DNA of 64,000 nucleotides from Pocillopora damicornis (Eukaryota): NCBI RefSeq assembly GCF_003704095.1, contig NW_020845647.1, positions 620,001 to 684,000 of the forward strand, read 5' to 3'. Shown piece by piece: positions 29,986 to 47,151 of this stretch (position 1 is its first letter; each line of letters starts with the position of its first letter). The notes under the pieces were generated by a model. It saw only the letters and a program-made list of their open reading frames with translations, ran no database searches and was not told where the DNA came from. The position numbers and the translations under genes were made by a program.

Positions 29986-30423
29986 CAGTCGAACCTGTAT
30001 AAAGCGGTCACCCGCGGGGAATGACTTGGTGACTTTTGGGTTCCACAAGTAATGGGTATTTTAAAAACGATACACGACGCTACTTTATGCCAGGACTGAC
30101 CACTTAATGTACAGAATCTTGCTCAAAGATACTACTTACTTTGATTTTGGGAGAGAAAAATGGATTTTTAATTTCTTGAAAGATTATTGTTGGTTTATGC
30201 TTGAGTGTTTCCGCCTTCAGTGACCGTTCAAAACAGGTGGAGGACAATGAAAACATGCCATTGGGACTTAATAAATGGTGACTGCGACCGCTTAGTAGAG
30301 GTGACTGCTTGACAGAGGTGAAAATTACAGTGATAAAGGGGAAACAAATTTGGGACTTTGACAACGGACCGCTTAATACAGGAAGACCGCTTATTACGGT
30401 TCTGCTTAATACAGGTTCGACTG
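29986..30423. mobile_element. Tc1/mariner (Tigger/pogo-like) MITE in MMP-A intron 2
   Basis: CAGTCGAACCTGTAT ... ATACAGGTTCGACTG followed by TA. Confidence 0.75.
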
Positions 30424-33400
30424 TACTCTGTCGGCGACGACTGATCTCCTCTCCGTTCCCCCCTGAAAACCATGACATCCTTCCAATAATCCTCCACCCC
30501 TACTCCCTCCCTCACAGGCGATTAAAATTGACCAGTTCCTGTAGTGAAAATGAATTTAAAAACAACGTGGAAACCCAAAATATACGAGTTAAAAAATCAG
30601 ATGCTTTACAACACTAACTGCCTTTCACTAAGAGGTCTGTGGTAACTCAGATTCTAAGCATTTTTTCAAATAATGTAAATACAGGTTGTTTTTTTTCTTT
30701 TCCCGTGATGTACGGAAAACGCATGTCCATCATCAAGCATTCTAAAAGGCTGAACGAACAAAGGTGCACATTGTGCTCACCTGATTTTAATATCGGCGCT
30801 GCTTGCACTAGAGGCTTGAGAGAAAGACAACCCTGATACATCGGACCAGAACTTTAATGCTTTGGCGAATATTTTGTCTTGAAGATCTTGCGGTAAGTCC
30901 GCGCCATGTTCTACAAAATAAGTCAGGTCCTTCTTGCTCCATTTTGAACCAGTCTTGTACCTCTTAACACGTCCCTCCTCGTCCACGTCCGCCATTCCAC
31001 AACGAGGTTTTTTCATTTGAGCGATGGTTTGTTCGTTCAGCTCTCCAGTCACGGAGAGACCAGTAAACTCCTGAAACCGGCGAATGGCAGTTTCCACGTC
31101 ATGGTTTCCTGATCTTGTCGAAGAAATGTAGTAGTACTGGCTCAGAAATTTCTGCCAGGAAATAATCATGATAAATGAGATTCACAACAAAAAATGTTCC
31201 TTCTTTCGCTCTAATTTGCACGGGGTTGATATAAAGGCCAGCATGGGCTCCGCTTTTAGGCTTCGCTGAATCTATTTAAGTCATTGTTCTTTTCAGGTAA
31301 ATTACTTTTAAGCATTAGCAGCCAGCGAAATTTTGCACCAGTTTTCTCCATCCTTAACCAGCCAGTATTTTACAAAGTGTTGTTAATTATTTTACGGCGG
31401 AGATAAGCTCTGTTTTGGCTTTTGACAATTTTTATTTCCGTTTTCTCGATGGGAGAATTTTGTCTCGTAACTTTTTCATATCACTATTGCAGTTCTAGTA
31501 GGTTATAATTAAATGTTGTTGTTGTTGTTGTTTTTTTTTCAAAACAGGTTGCTTTTGGCTTAATATCGTATATGCTTTGACTGTGTAGTTCAGATGACAA
31601 GGGTAGCGTAGAGTAGTTCTCATGGAGGCCCAAGAAAGGAAAGTATAACTCACCAAAGCCATGGTTGAGTCATCGTCTTCAGCAAAGACGAGTGTCTGAG
31701 AAATAAGGACAGCGACTAACAACAAGGAACACAGCATGTTGAGTTCAAACAAACCGAAAAAAGTCTAAACCGATTTGATTTGGGCGTAGAAGCATAGGTT
31801 GTTTCTTTCTTTTATAACAATTCTGCTGAAAAGCTGCAAACCCTGATTAAATTTAACTCAACAGTTGTTTAAAGGAAAAGAAAGACGGTAAACTTTTACA
31901 ACGCAAGCTTTAGTGTGTGTGAAATAGCTTGACAATTGTGACATTTAAAAGGTGAAAGAATCAATGTAAATTTAAGTGTATTCGTTTTTTTATTTAGCGA
32001 ATTCAGCCTCGACAGCGGTTTTATTTTTATCACATAAAGTGTGTAAATTTTGAATGGGAAACACAACAGGATTGGCAAAAAGGTTTTTATAATGTGACGA
32101 TTTAAAAACTTCAAAAGGATCCGAACCCCCCAAAAATGTTCATTTTATTCTACTTTCTCGCGTGAATTCAATTATATCCAATAATTCTTAAACACTGTAC
32201 AGAATTTTTAGAAAGTCATGTAGGCTTTTTGTTTGTCAATATTTGCTTTTAAGTTATCGGCACGAGTTTTTGTTTATCAACTTCATCTACCAACTGCGGC
32301 AAGTGTTCTAAGGTGAGAAAGTTACACTTGTCAACTTGAACAAGGAAGACAAAGAGATCAAAGACACATGGAAATATTCCATGCTTGAGACTATATTTAC
32401 CATTTCTCTTTATTTTGGTTCATCTACAGAACTAGAAATAGTCAAAATCAGGGGCCACCTTTATGGTTTTGCTGAAATTATTCGTCTGAAAAAGTCGGAG
32501 TGCCCGTTTTACCGACAGTATAAAAGGAGATAATTTCAAAGACATGATCAACTAAGTATAACTGCATCTCTTTTGCAAAGAAATAAAAAAGCCAATTTAA
32601 TTAACCATCGTGTTCAGTGGCTAACATGTGCGAGGTAAGAGGCGAGCTAGATATTGAGAAGGGATAGAAAATATTGAAAATAAAGTGCACGAACTGTACT
32701 CCCATCAAGGATAAGGGAAAATATTGATCATAATCTATTGTTTTGCTTCCCTTTGAGCTTGATGCCTTAATGTTGAACCCATTGATTTTAAGAGTGGACA
32801 TAGCTGTACCGAGTTGAAGTAGACAAGATTCGTTGCCTACCTCTCTGCTCAAGAGCAAATATTACAAGGAACTAGTCAAATAACAAATAAAGCTGGTAAA
32901 CTCACGTTATCAATAGATCTACCCGCCAGTTTTTTTTATTCAAGCACAATAAGCTAAACCCTAGCGCACCCATTGACTCAATTGAAAGAGCAACAACTGA
33001 GTTTGCAATTTTTATTTCCCCTTTATTAAACCTTTCACTTGAATCACATAAAATAATCAAAGTATCTTCTCTTTCATCAGCATCAAATCTGCAACAAAAT
33101 AGTAAATACTCAGCACGACGTTTTCTATATCTGGAGCTAAAAAATCAAATACGAGGTTAAAAGTTAGGGTCGGGGTTGTGAGGTTGTGCAGAAAAATCGT
33201 CAAACTCTTTTACTTCGAGTGCATATGAATCTCAGCCCGACAGAAATTTCCTTTGGGCAACTGAGCCTCATTATTTGGCTGACGCGAGGCATGAAGCTTA
33301 CTCCAAATGTAATTACGACAAAGATTTATATCAGATTGTCTTAAAAGTACAGCATTGACTACAAAAACGATTTGCTTTCTTTTTCATGACTATAAAATCT

Positions 33401-34322
33401 CACAGTATGGACAGACTGAGTACAGTTTTTGTGAGCAGTTTGGAAACAACCCTTTTCCAATTTCGCGCTCTATTGTTTTTTTTTCTAAAAAAAGGTCGTC
33501 CTTATTCTATGTCGCGAATATATTTGGAATAGTTGCACAATGTTAGGGTGACGCATATGAGTCAAACGGGCGCGTGGTTTTGGTTTAGGTTCACTGGACT
33601 TCAGAAGAGACACGAGGTGTGTAAGGCTTATGTGAGGTGTTATTATGCTTATTCTTTTTTTCATTTTCCGTCGAACGATTTTTTTTTAACTTTCTTCAAT
33701 TTTTTCTCCACCAATCTCCAACGATAAAAAAGATAGGTCGTCGCGCATTCTGAGTAGATATTCTGGACCGATGATAACGGGACTGGTACTAATCACGCGC
33801 GTTATTTCATCGAATCACGCCGGTTAATTTGCGGTAGCTGAAAGCAACTTGTTTTTAGACAAAAATTTAAAATATTTTCTAGAATTTGTAACAATTTAGT
33901 CAGGTCGTTACTTTGGAGATCATAATTGGCATCTTCGAGTAACAGGCTTCGTGCACGCCTATATCTTTTTTTACCTTCCGATAATTTTTATTTTTCAAGT
34001 TTCTTAAGGGGTACAGTTTGTATACCAAGATTATGCAATAAAAAAATAAGTCACCGCGTTCTTCAAGAGCAAAAGACTACCTGTTCACCTCTTCCATTGG
34101 TTGAAAAGTAATAATAGGTATCGTGAAATTAAGTGACCGCAAAAATTGGTAATAGTAATGTACCCGATCACAACACACAGCCGCAGTTCTCGATACGCTT
34201 CCCCCTAACTTTGCCTCAATACATACTGATTCTTTTCTAAGTGGTCACAGGGCGTTATACAGTGATAAAGATCCCAATGACTGCGTCCAAAGGCAAAAGT
34301 CAATGGAGATGCTGACAAACCT

Positions 34323-37322
34323 TTAGCAACGGCGACAAGTTCTCCTGCAGTAGCGTTGGACGAATGCGTGAAAACGACATGTACCCCCCCGGCTCCATGA
34401 CCGACATTGGGAACTGGATGCCAAATCGAAACATGCTGCAACATAAAATACACAGAATTTATAAATTTGCATAAAAGAGGAATGATTAACATTTAGGATA
34501 AATCACTGACAGTTTATCTGTTGGTATAATAAAGTTATAACGCCTTTTAAGCTCTCTGTTTTATTATTATTATTATCATTTCCTTTTTCAAATTGGCCCT
34601 TTAAACCTTTAAGAAAACTGGCGCGAATAAGAGCGATTGCATCTGATTGGTTGAGAATTTGGCGCGAGCTTTCTGGACCAATCACGAAGTATGGCAAAGC
34701 GAAGCTAACGCTATCCTGGATTTGTTTCAAGACTCGATTGAAATATGTCTTAATGTATACAGATTTAGGAACGAATATAACAAAAAGAGGTTGAAATGAA
34801 GTGCTCACATGAACTGCCTCCACTACTGCTTCCTCCGCTGCTTCCTCCGGTGTTTCTTCCTACAGTGCGCCAAATAAATAAAGATAGGACTGATGCAAAA
34901 TATGTATCAATTAAGAAAATTTAAGAACTCAAGATTTGCTCGAGGAACGCGAGCAATAGCAGAAAATAAGGTATGACGTTAATAGCCAATGGCTTTCAGC
35001 CGTTTTCACACTGACTTAGAATGTTTGTTATATTTACGGTGAAAAAAAGGTTTCTTCGTTTTTCTACGGGCTCTGTGTAAGCGTGAATATGGGAAAATTT
35101 GAATTATAGTAGTGAGTTCACTTTTGCTGTCAGCCGTTACTGCAAACATTATATTAAAATTCACCAAGGATATGAAAAAATTTTCCATCTAGTCCAGGGA
35201 CCGCGCAGAGGGAGGGGCTGGGGGGCTTTAGCCCCCCCCCCCCCCCCACTTTTTTGCAAGAATAAAAATAGATTAAACATAAAATAATTTAACAAAAAAA
35301 TTTTCCTTCACGCATTCTTCTTTAGCCCCCCCACTCGAAAACTTGCTGCGCGGTCCCTGTAGTCCTGAGTGTATCACATCATTTAACTGAATTAATCAGC
35401 AGTTTTTAAGGATGAAAAAAGGCTGATTTTCTACTGATTTTCAAAAAAGCTTAACAAATGCAAATACCAGTTCAATACCACTAATAAAGTAATAAAACTA
35501 ATAAAGTCAAGTTCATTACTTTGAATGGGAAATCAGGGGGTTCGCGTGGATTGATCTCAGTTTTGCACCTTATGGGTCGAAAAGGTGACGCAAAGTTTCT
35601 TCGACCAATCAAACACGGGAAATAAAGCAAAACCAATGAGATTCCGGGATATTATCAACAATAATTCGAAAATTGTTCTATTTGCTACCGAAATAAAACT
35701 TACCGTACAAAGACTGAATGGCAGCGATGTCGTCCTGTTTAAGCTGCATGTTCGGCACATACCCAGTATAGTAGGGATACATGACAGCATCTCTAACAGA
35801 TGAATGCTGGATTCCAAGGGCGTGTCCGAATTCGTGTACAGCCACCCACAGAAGATTTGTTCCTCGGCTGGTGCCGTCAGTGAAAGTTTCGTCCTCGTCG
35901 AAATGAGCGCGTCCATCAGAAGGGTAGAATGCATGCGCTAATGTTCCGCTCGCCCCATCAAATGGATAACCACATTGGTTCTCACTAACTCCTCCGTGTG
36001 CTCGGCTTCCAAAGCTATGTGAAGAAAGATAAGTGAGTGAAATTTAAATAGTTTATAAAGAGGCGTACATTTTTTTAATCTAACTTTAATTTGACCCGCC
36101 TCCAACATTTTTGGCGTCATGGCTCATTTTGTTCCATGGAGTATCGAGCTAGCATTGCGAGGTTACAAGTTTCAGTCTTGGATGATTCTTTTTGAAAGTT
36201 TTCAAGTACCTAATAGTACTCCTGGATGGAGAAGGGCACTGTCTTGCCCGGGAACAAGATGAAATGACTGCGCTAAAATGATTTGGCTCGAACCCAGATC
36301 TCTCGATCCATTTCAAGGGCCAGTGAGCTTTTCAACTTACAAGGAAATGCTAACTGCATTAGAATAAAGGTAAAACATACTTACCTGATTTTAAGGTCCG
36401 CGGTACTTGCGCTTCTTGTCGTAGAGAAAGACAAACCTGACACGTCAGACCAGAACTTTAAAGCCTTCTCGAACACATCGTCTTGTTTTGAACGAGATAA
36501 ATCAGCTCCATATTCCACAAAGTACGTCAAGTGTCTTTTGTTCCATCTGCCAGATGTACTGTATCTCTTCACTCGACCTTGTTTACCCATAGGATCTGGC
36601 ATTCCGCAGCGTGGTGCTTTCATCTGCGCAAGCGTTAGTTCATCCAACTTGCCAGTCACAGGGAGACCAGTGAACTCTTGGAACTTTTTAATGGCAACCA
36701 CCAAGTCGTGGTTTCCCGCGCGCGTTGGAGATAAGTACTGATAGTGGTTCAAAAAGTTCTGAAGGAAAATGAGAAACATACCGAAAACAGCAGCGATTAA
36801 TTGACGAAAACTGGTGTTTTAGACAAGTGCTCTATTGACGCTATACTCCCACAGTTCTTAGCGAAGAGTAGACGTCAGGGAAAGTTGATGAAATACTGGA
36901 GGAATAGGCTAAACGGACATAAAGAGCACTTGTGGACCTGTAGAATAGCAATTTACTCCTAAACGCTTGTTACTGAAGCAACTAAGCTGAGCTCACGAGG
37001 AAAGGGCGACTTAGCTCAAGAGCAGAATTAAAGTAATTTCAAACAGAAAAATAGGCTATGAATTTGAAAATCTCCTTAGTCGTTCACAATAAATAAACTC
37101 AGAGGAACTTTGTCAAGGTTGCCTTTTTAAATAAGAAAGCCTAAATGAGCTTAAAAGTGAGTAATGAATATCAAAATGTTTTGACAACGAAGTGAAAACT
37201 ATTAGAGAAGGCAATATCAGAAAGAAATTCTAAACGTAACATACCAGAGCAAAACTTTGGTCATCGACATAGCGAGCAAACGCATGCGATGTAAGAGCAA
37301 GCAACAGCACGGAACACAGCAT
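34323..37322 (-). CDS. Secreted matrix metalloproteinase (M10A) with C-terminal ShKT domain, paralog B (intact)
   Basis: Exons: 37322-37245 (signal peptide); 36758-36385 (cysteine switch PRCGMPD, furin site RVKR); 36014-35704 ([31 protein letters not shown], Met-turn AVMYP); 34859-34809 (Gly/Ser linker); 34435-34323 ([37 protein letters not shown]). All boundaries are GT/AG and in frame. Confidence 0.92.
35195..35359. mobile_element. hAT-like MITE with perfect 14-bp TIR and 5-bp TSD
   Basis: TAGTC-CAGGGACCGCGCAG ... CTGCGCGGTCCCTG-TAGTC. Confidence 0.85.
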
Positions 37323-38638
37323 GTTGAGACAGAGTTATATTACACCAACTAAAACGCCTTTAGTTTGGTATCTAGTGAAAAAACTCACGGAACTAAGTTT
37401 ATTTATAACTCGGTATTTACACAGTCTCTGCTCTTTGAGTTTACCTCTGTTTCGAATTCATATTTGTAAAGCTTCGAACCATCTGACAGCTGAAAATTGA
37501 TCATCCAAAGAGTTTTACTCGGAAGATTTTATTAAATCTTTTCTATTTGTTATCAAGTTTATTCGAAATGCGCTCACTTATATTAAATTCTCTGCGTTTT
37601 AATTTTCACTTTGCCACCCGACCTCTCTGTCTTGAAGAATATGAAACTGCAGCTTTCGAGAGGTAAATAGAAACTGGAGATAAAGCTGTAACTAAATGCT
37701 GCTATATAATGAGCTCACTTTTACACTTGCTATTACACTTTTTACTAGTGCTTTCTTTTATCATGTCCCACGTCAAATTTTGCTAGCCTAAATTGCAGTT
37801 CCTGAATAAAGACACGTGGTTTCATATCGTGACAGAAGGTAAAGATGTCTGCTGCGTGTGATTCAGTTTATGGTTATCTTTTTCTCCTTTTAACGATAAC
37901 TAATTTTACAGATCGAGGACAAAAAAATTATAACTTACAAACATTCAATACTACACGGTATGTTTTGGGTTATATAAACCAGGAAAGGCCAGTGTAATAA
38001 ATGTCTCTCTATAATCATTTTTCCTGAAAAAACATCATTGTTTCCTCGGCATTTCTATTTTTCTAACTGTATAAACTTATAATTTCCAGCCTGATTCATT
38101 TGCGTATTACAATTTATTACCTGTTTGAAATGTTAGCTCAGGCTATTTTCCATGAATTTCTGTCGAAATCGTAATGAGATTTTCAATTAACAGAACTTTT
38201 TCTTGTTCTCTGACGAAAAATTGCTTGAAATTATTTAAAAATATGCTTTATGAGTGAAAAGGCTACTTTTAGCTATTTGTTTTAAAACTGTATTTGCATT
38301 TATTCTTCTTTACTTAGAATTATCTGCCTCAAAAATTTGAGGTTGACTAAGTATTGGAGCACAAAATTCCTGACTTTCTCTGTGCGACTTTCCATCTCAC
38401 TTGTTTGTTGGCATTTGAATGCCGTCTCAACTGCAAGATGGATTATTGTCTAAGGATTGACTGAAATTTTTAATTAAAGTAATTCCAGTTTCCGTGCTGC
38501 ACCGTGCAAGGAATTGAAGGGTAATAAGTAAAGTCTACTATGGTCAATTTTGCAGCAATATAGTGTTTTGGTGGGGAGAGTGCCAGGGGAAAAAAACCGT
38601 TAGGGTATTATTATGAAACTTCACTTAATCACTAATGA

Positions 38639-38669
38639 CCGAGATCCGAGATCCGAGATCCGAGATCCG
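38639..38669. repeat. (CCGAGAT)4 microsatellite
   Basis: Read directly from the sequence. Confidence 0.9.
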
Positions 38670-38846
38670 TGCGACAGTCACAGATCAGATTTAGACCAGA
38701 AAAAATGTGCTAAGAACAGTAATGACCCATTCATTTACGGCTTTCTCTTACTATTTGACGTCTGTGATCCACAAATGAACAGTCACAGGGAAAAATAGAG
38801 CCCATTTATTAAAAAAAATGTCATTCAGTTAGATTCATATTAGATT

Positions 38847-39872
38847 TTAATTGACCGTTTTACCTGCTAATGTACAACTCTTTGTCTCTCGGCCCTTCGA
38901 AATATCAGAGCGGTTTATGTTGTGGCTCAATAACTTCCTGAAGCAAAAAATCTTTTTGTATTCCTGTCGAAATGTTCGATTTAAGGCTCCATAAATGATT
39001 GGGTTAACAGAGGAACTTGTTAGTCCCATATCAGTGTACATGACATAAACCACACGCGGAAGGGACCATTTTCCGACCCCCATTTCCACAAAATCGATTA
39101 TTAAAACGGGCGTCCAGCAAAATACATATGCAAGAACAGTTGCAAATAATGTCTTGGTCAGTTTAGCATCATCAGAAGATATGCTATTGTCATGTGCACG
39201 CCAACTTTGTATGCGGTTTGCATTTGCTCTTAATTGTCGAAAAATGTTGAAATAGCAAAACAAAAGAACAGAAATGGAGATGAAGAGACAGATATAAACA
39301 AAGTCAGACACAAACGACATCTTTGCTTCATGGAAACAGAAAAATTTTCCCGGATGGAAAATGTATTTTCTACCGCTAACGAGATAAGGGACTGGATACA
39401 TCATGGCTAGAAACCAGACAGCTGCGGCCATGAGCCGTGCGCGTGGCATGGAGAAGAGAGTTCGGTGCTTCATCGGACGAACAACACGATAGTATCGATC
39501 AAGAGACATTAATGCCATGGTCTGTAGAGAAGCTGCTGTTGTTGTTATAACAACATAACCTTGAAATTGACATGTTGCAAAGCCTGAAGTCCATCTGCCA
39601 TGAATGAGTGAGAGTAAAGACGGCGAAGTCGTGAAGGAAATGATAGCAACATCTGACAGAGCTAGTGAAGCAATTAACATCCCCGGCACGTTCTTAAGTC
39701 TAACAGATTTGTACACAATATATAGAACAAGGAGATTTCCGACAAAAGAAGTAGAACAAATCAAACTGTAGATCAACGATTCTAGAACGACTTGAAATGT
39801 CCCACGAGAACTGAAAGATTCCGATAAGCGATCAGCATGGCTGTCTTCAGCAGACTTCCCGGAGATATTCAT
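38847..39872 (-). CDS. Rhodopsin-class (class A) GPCR, melatonin-receptor-like, single coding exon
   Basis: Seven hydrophobic segments with GNLLV, LALSD, SLDRY, CWTP and NPIIY. The likely start MNISG at 39872 follows a polypyrimidine-CAG acceptor. Confidence 0.9.
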   Translation of the reverse strand: MNISGKSAEDSHADRLSESFSSRGTFQVVLESLIYSLICSTSFVGNLLVLYIVYKSVRLKNVPGMLIASLALSDVAIISFTTSPSLLSLIHGRWTSGFATCQFQGYVVITTTAASLQTMALMSLDRYYRVVRPMKHRTLFSMPRARLMAAAVWFLAMMYPVPYLVSGRKYIFHPGKFFCFHEAKMSFVSDFVYICLFISISVLLFCYFNIFRQLRANANRIQSWRAHDNSISSDDAKLTKTLFATVLAYVFCWTPVLIIDFVEMGVGKWSLPRVVYVMYTDMGLTSSSVNPIIYGALNRTFRQEYKKIFCFRKLLSHNINRSDISKGRETKSCTLAGKTVN

Positions 39873-41023
39873 TTTGGATTTCTGAAAAAAATAATTGCGA
39901 TTTAAAATCATATTTCAGGGGTTTTTTGATGAGCTTATTCTAATAATTGAAGAAGATCACAGAACCTTCTAGATTTTTTTCTGGCTTTTAGTTAAACACA
40001 TTGAGCAAAACCTTTCGTCCTGTCCCAGCCGTAGGCAAATAAAGAAATAATTTTTTTGAGTTACCTTTAACTTATAAGAACAAGTCTCCATTAAAAAGCT
40101 CTCTTGTGTAAACAGTAAAAAAAGTCGTTAAAATGAAACGCATTTATGATAATCAGAAAATGACTCTTATGAGTATTTTAAAACTTTTTATGGTTACATT
40201 GAAACTTTATTAGGAAAAAATGCTTCCAATGTCCAATAAATAAAAATCGAGAGAGAGAGCGAAAAAAAAAGAATTTCTGAAAAACAGCAATCCTGCAATC
40301 AATTATCCCACGCAACAATTTTGAGTGAACCCGATAGGAAAGGCGTTGGGAAATTTGAACAATCTGAAAACACGACACCATGTCATGAAAACTTGTCAAG
40401 AATGATGTTTTTCATGATGACTTGACAAACACAGGAAGTTGTCAAGCACTTTATAATGGAAAATGTCTCCTTCATATGTCAATTTTTTTTCAGGATGACC
40501 GTCAGGCTAGAAAATATTTCGCTTTGTTGTTATGAAGTAGACTCAACAGGATGGCTCCTTTCTTTTCATCTACCATGTAAATTCAGGAAGGCCCCCTTTT
40601 ACAATCCTTGCCAGAGTGTTCTCGTAAGGGGCGTTGGGTTGGGAGTGGACCTGTATGAAGGGTGGGTTTCCAAATCACATCAAGAATTTCGGTATTGAAG
40701 GGGGTATCAATAAATCTGGAATCCAGTGGGGATTTTTGAAACTCTGAAATGAAATTAATATCTCGAAAACAACCAAAGTTCCAAGAAATAATAGCCAGTC
40801 CGGAAAATAGTTAGGGTTTGTTTATAGGCATCTTGTTAAAACATGAATAGAAATGGGTTATTCACTGAACGGTTTTCACCCTGCAATTAAAACAATGTGT
40901 TTTCGCATATGGATGCCGCCTAACCTGGAAACATTAAATTATTCATAACTGTGGCGATGATTTTTGGAGGTAACTGACTATGAATACATTACACTTAAAG
41001 TAACATTTACCGAACTTAGTGGG

Positions 41024-43094
41024 TTCCACCAGAATATTAACTCTCCGAGAAGGCCGTTCATTATTTAGGACACAACATTACACCTCTCCTGTACAGCTGA
41101 TATGATTTACAAAAAAATCCTTACTATTATAGTATTTACAGCAGAAAGACAACAACTTAGGAGGGATGGTTTTTTTTTCCGACGGTAGGTTTACAACAAG
41201 TTAGTCATCACGATTCGATTCTTTTATTCTCATTAACTTCCTAATAAAGAAAAGCAATCTGATTGTCACAAATGAACGTTATCATTTCCTCTGATAGATA
41301 CCATCTGGTCCTCTAGCAAAATGATCCAACAAAATCAATGGGACCCAGCCGGTGTTCCAAGGATCTCTCAAACTTCAACTTGGAAAGAATAATAACCTAT
41401 GTCATCCTTAATTATTACAAATAGATAAAAAAAGCCGAATTTCTGTAAGACCTCTATGGCGTAGTGATTGTATAAAATCAAAGAGACCGAGCTGATATTC
41501 TCAAAGGGCTAACTGAATCCTTATCACGAGGTTTTTTTAAAACAACTTATTATGCTGCGAGTCAGTTAGGATACTTACGCTTTCATATTCTGTTCAATGA
41601 CAAATGAAAGCGACGACTTCTTTCTCGATATCACGGTTTCTTTTTCTAGCTGAAATGGGGATGGATCTTGTTTCAGTTCATCGCTTTGACTCGACTTGGC
41701 AAATAAAACTTGCAAGGTGAAAAGCGTCCCTTTGTCTTGCGCACGTACAGATGTGATTTCAATGCTTTTTTTCCTCTATTGAGAGAAAAGAGATCATTTA
41801 ATCTAGAAAAAAGCCAACCTGATTGGTTTAAACGTGAAGGTGAATATGCAATATGTACGGGCAGAAGAGAAAACGAATAACGGTGATTGTGATTTTTCCC
41901 GCACGAATTATTGAGACTCCATGCGATTGGCACAGGTGATTAAGACAAGTTAATTAAGGGGATATGTGAATGGCATAAGACTAACATAAGAACTGACAGT
42001 TTAGAAATGGCCGATGTACGTGGAGATATTCAAGAATACATTCAAGGGCTCACTTTCCAATTTTAATTTTGCTTGTGTAAACAAAGTGGATTTAAATCTA
42101 AAGACAATCTAAGTGTTAGTGTAACTCGAGCGTAAATGCAATGACAGATGATGTTCCGATTGTTCTGGAAACGTTTCTTGTCAGTTTTTACAGAGGAGAG
42201 GGTGATCTAAGATACACGCGCACAATTTATGCATGATACCTTTCAGGTAACAAGTTTATCACTTGAGTATTTATTAGGCGGTTTTAACTATGAAATTAAA
42301 GCAACTTGTTTTCGCCTATAGAAACTGCCTTACCTGTCATTTTTTGAATTGTTCAAATTTACGACGATGATATATTTTTGTTTTTCTTGTTGTTTTGCTT
42401 TTTTGAGCCACGCATCCATTGCATTTAACCCGGTGTATTCCGCCAGAATATTAACTCTTACAGCAGGCTGGTTATTGTTTGCGACATAACATTACGTTTT
42501 TTTTGTGAACTGACACGAACTACAATAAACTTGACCTGCATGGATAGTTTATTTTTAGCGACTCAATTACAGAAAGTTATAAATACGTAGTTTTTCTTTT
42601 CTGCCAATGGGTCTAAAATCCATCGAAATCGAAATTCGATTCGTTTACCATCATTGCCTTTTTGAGAAAAAAGGCATCTCGATTATCCGATGAAAACTTT
42701 AAAGCAGATGCCATCTGTTCTTATGACTCTCTTATGGCGGAATGGCCCTTAGCATTTCTCAAGCTCCATATTCTAAGGAATAGATATCTTCTTTCTTGGT
42801 CATTTATTGAACAAACAAACAAACAAATGGAAATAATTCTCCTTTTTAAAAGACCTTACCGCTCAAGAGGCTTAATCGACTTTCATGGCGTACTTATGCT
42901 ATAAAATCAAAGAGACCTATCCGAAACTTTAGAATTTTCGCGAAAGGCCACCTAGATCTTTATGTAAGTTATCGTAAGAGTCTGTATACTTATGATCATA
43001 TGTTCGAGTCAAAAAGATACCGTCTTCTCCTCAACATCACGGGGTTTTTTCGGTTTAATTGGTGAAAGAAGATGCTTCAGTCTTTTAACTTGGC
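41024..43094. repeat. Two diverged ~670-bp non-coding direct repeats (41024-41700 and 42438-43094)
   Basis: Collinear shared blocks CCAGAATATTAACTCT, TTCGATTC, CCATCTG, ATGGCGTA, TATAAAATCAAAGAGACC, ATCACGG and ACTTGGC. Confidence 0.7.
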
Positions 43095-43874
43095 ACGCGA
43101 AACTCAGGTTTTCCTTCCTCTATATTCTCGGTTGTGTTGGTATATCAGCTTTATTATAGAGGGTCAGCTGGGAGAAGCAGTGGTTAAAGTCTCGGTCAGT
43201 TCAGTTTGTCACGTTGGGAAATATTTTTTCCCACAGTACCTCGTTCCAATCAAGTCATGGTTGCGGCAAACCGTAAGTAAATGTGACGAAATTTTAAGAG
43301 GGTAAAATTGCAATAGAGTGGCATCGCATCCAGAAAAACATGAAACAACTCCCGAAAGACTGACACTAATGCTCGTGACTAAGCAGCATAGCAACTCTAC
43401 CACAGAGGGTATCAAAGGATAAAATAAAAATTAAATATTTGCGCCATTTTTCCAGCCCAATCCTAAGAAGGAGCGCATATGAGCGGGAAAAGGAAAGACA
43501 CTCTTTGTTTATTTTAAATTCTAGGTTTTCCAAGCTCTCTTATTGAGGTTACCTTCATTGACTCGGAGCAGAACGCGAAAACAGAGACAAATTGAACTGC
43601 AATTAGGGCTCACATTTGTATTACAAGAATTTTCACTTTTTTGCATAACTGTTGAGTCGATAGTATACTGGGTAAATATGGAACCAAAATTGTTCCGTTT
43701 TAATTCAAGAGAACGAATCAGGTTCACCTCGTATGTTACCTAGAAACCAGCAAGAAATAACGTAAAATGGCACACATGAAACAATCACCTTTATTCCTGC
43801 CTAACCTTAGCTACACTGAACTGTTGGTTGCTTTGTTAATCTTCCAAAAAAATGCAACTATCATTTCTCTTCAC

Positions 43875-47151
<3,277 letters not shown>

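Noticed and set aside
38847-39872. GPCR as an opsin
   Set aside because: The retinal-binding Lys position in TM7 (six residues before the N of NPIIY) is Leu.
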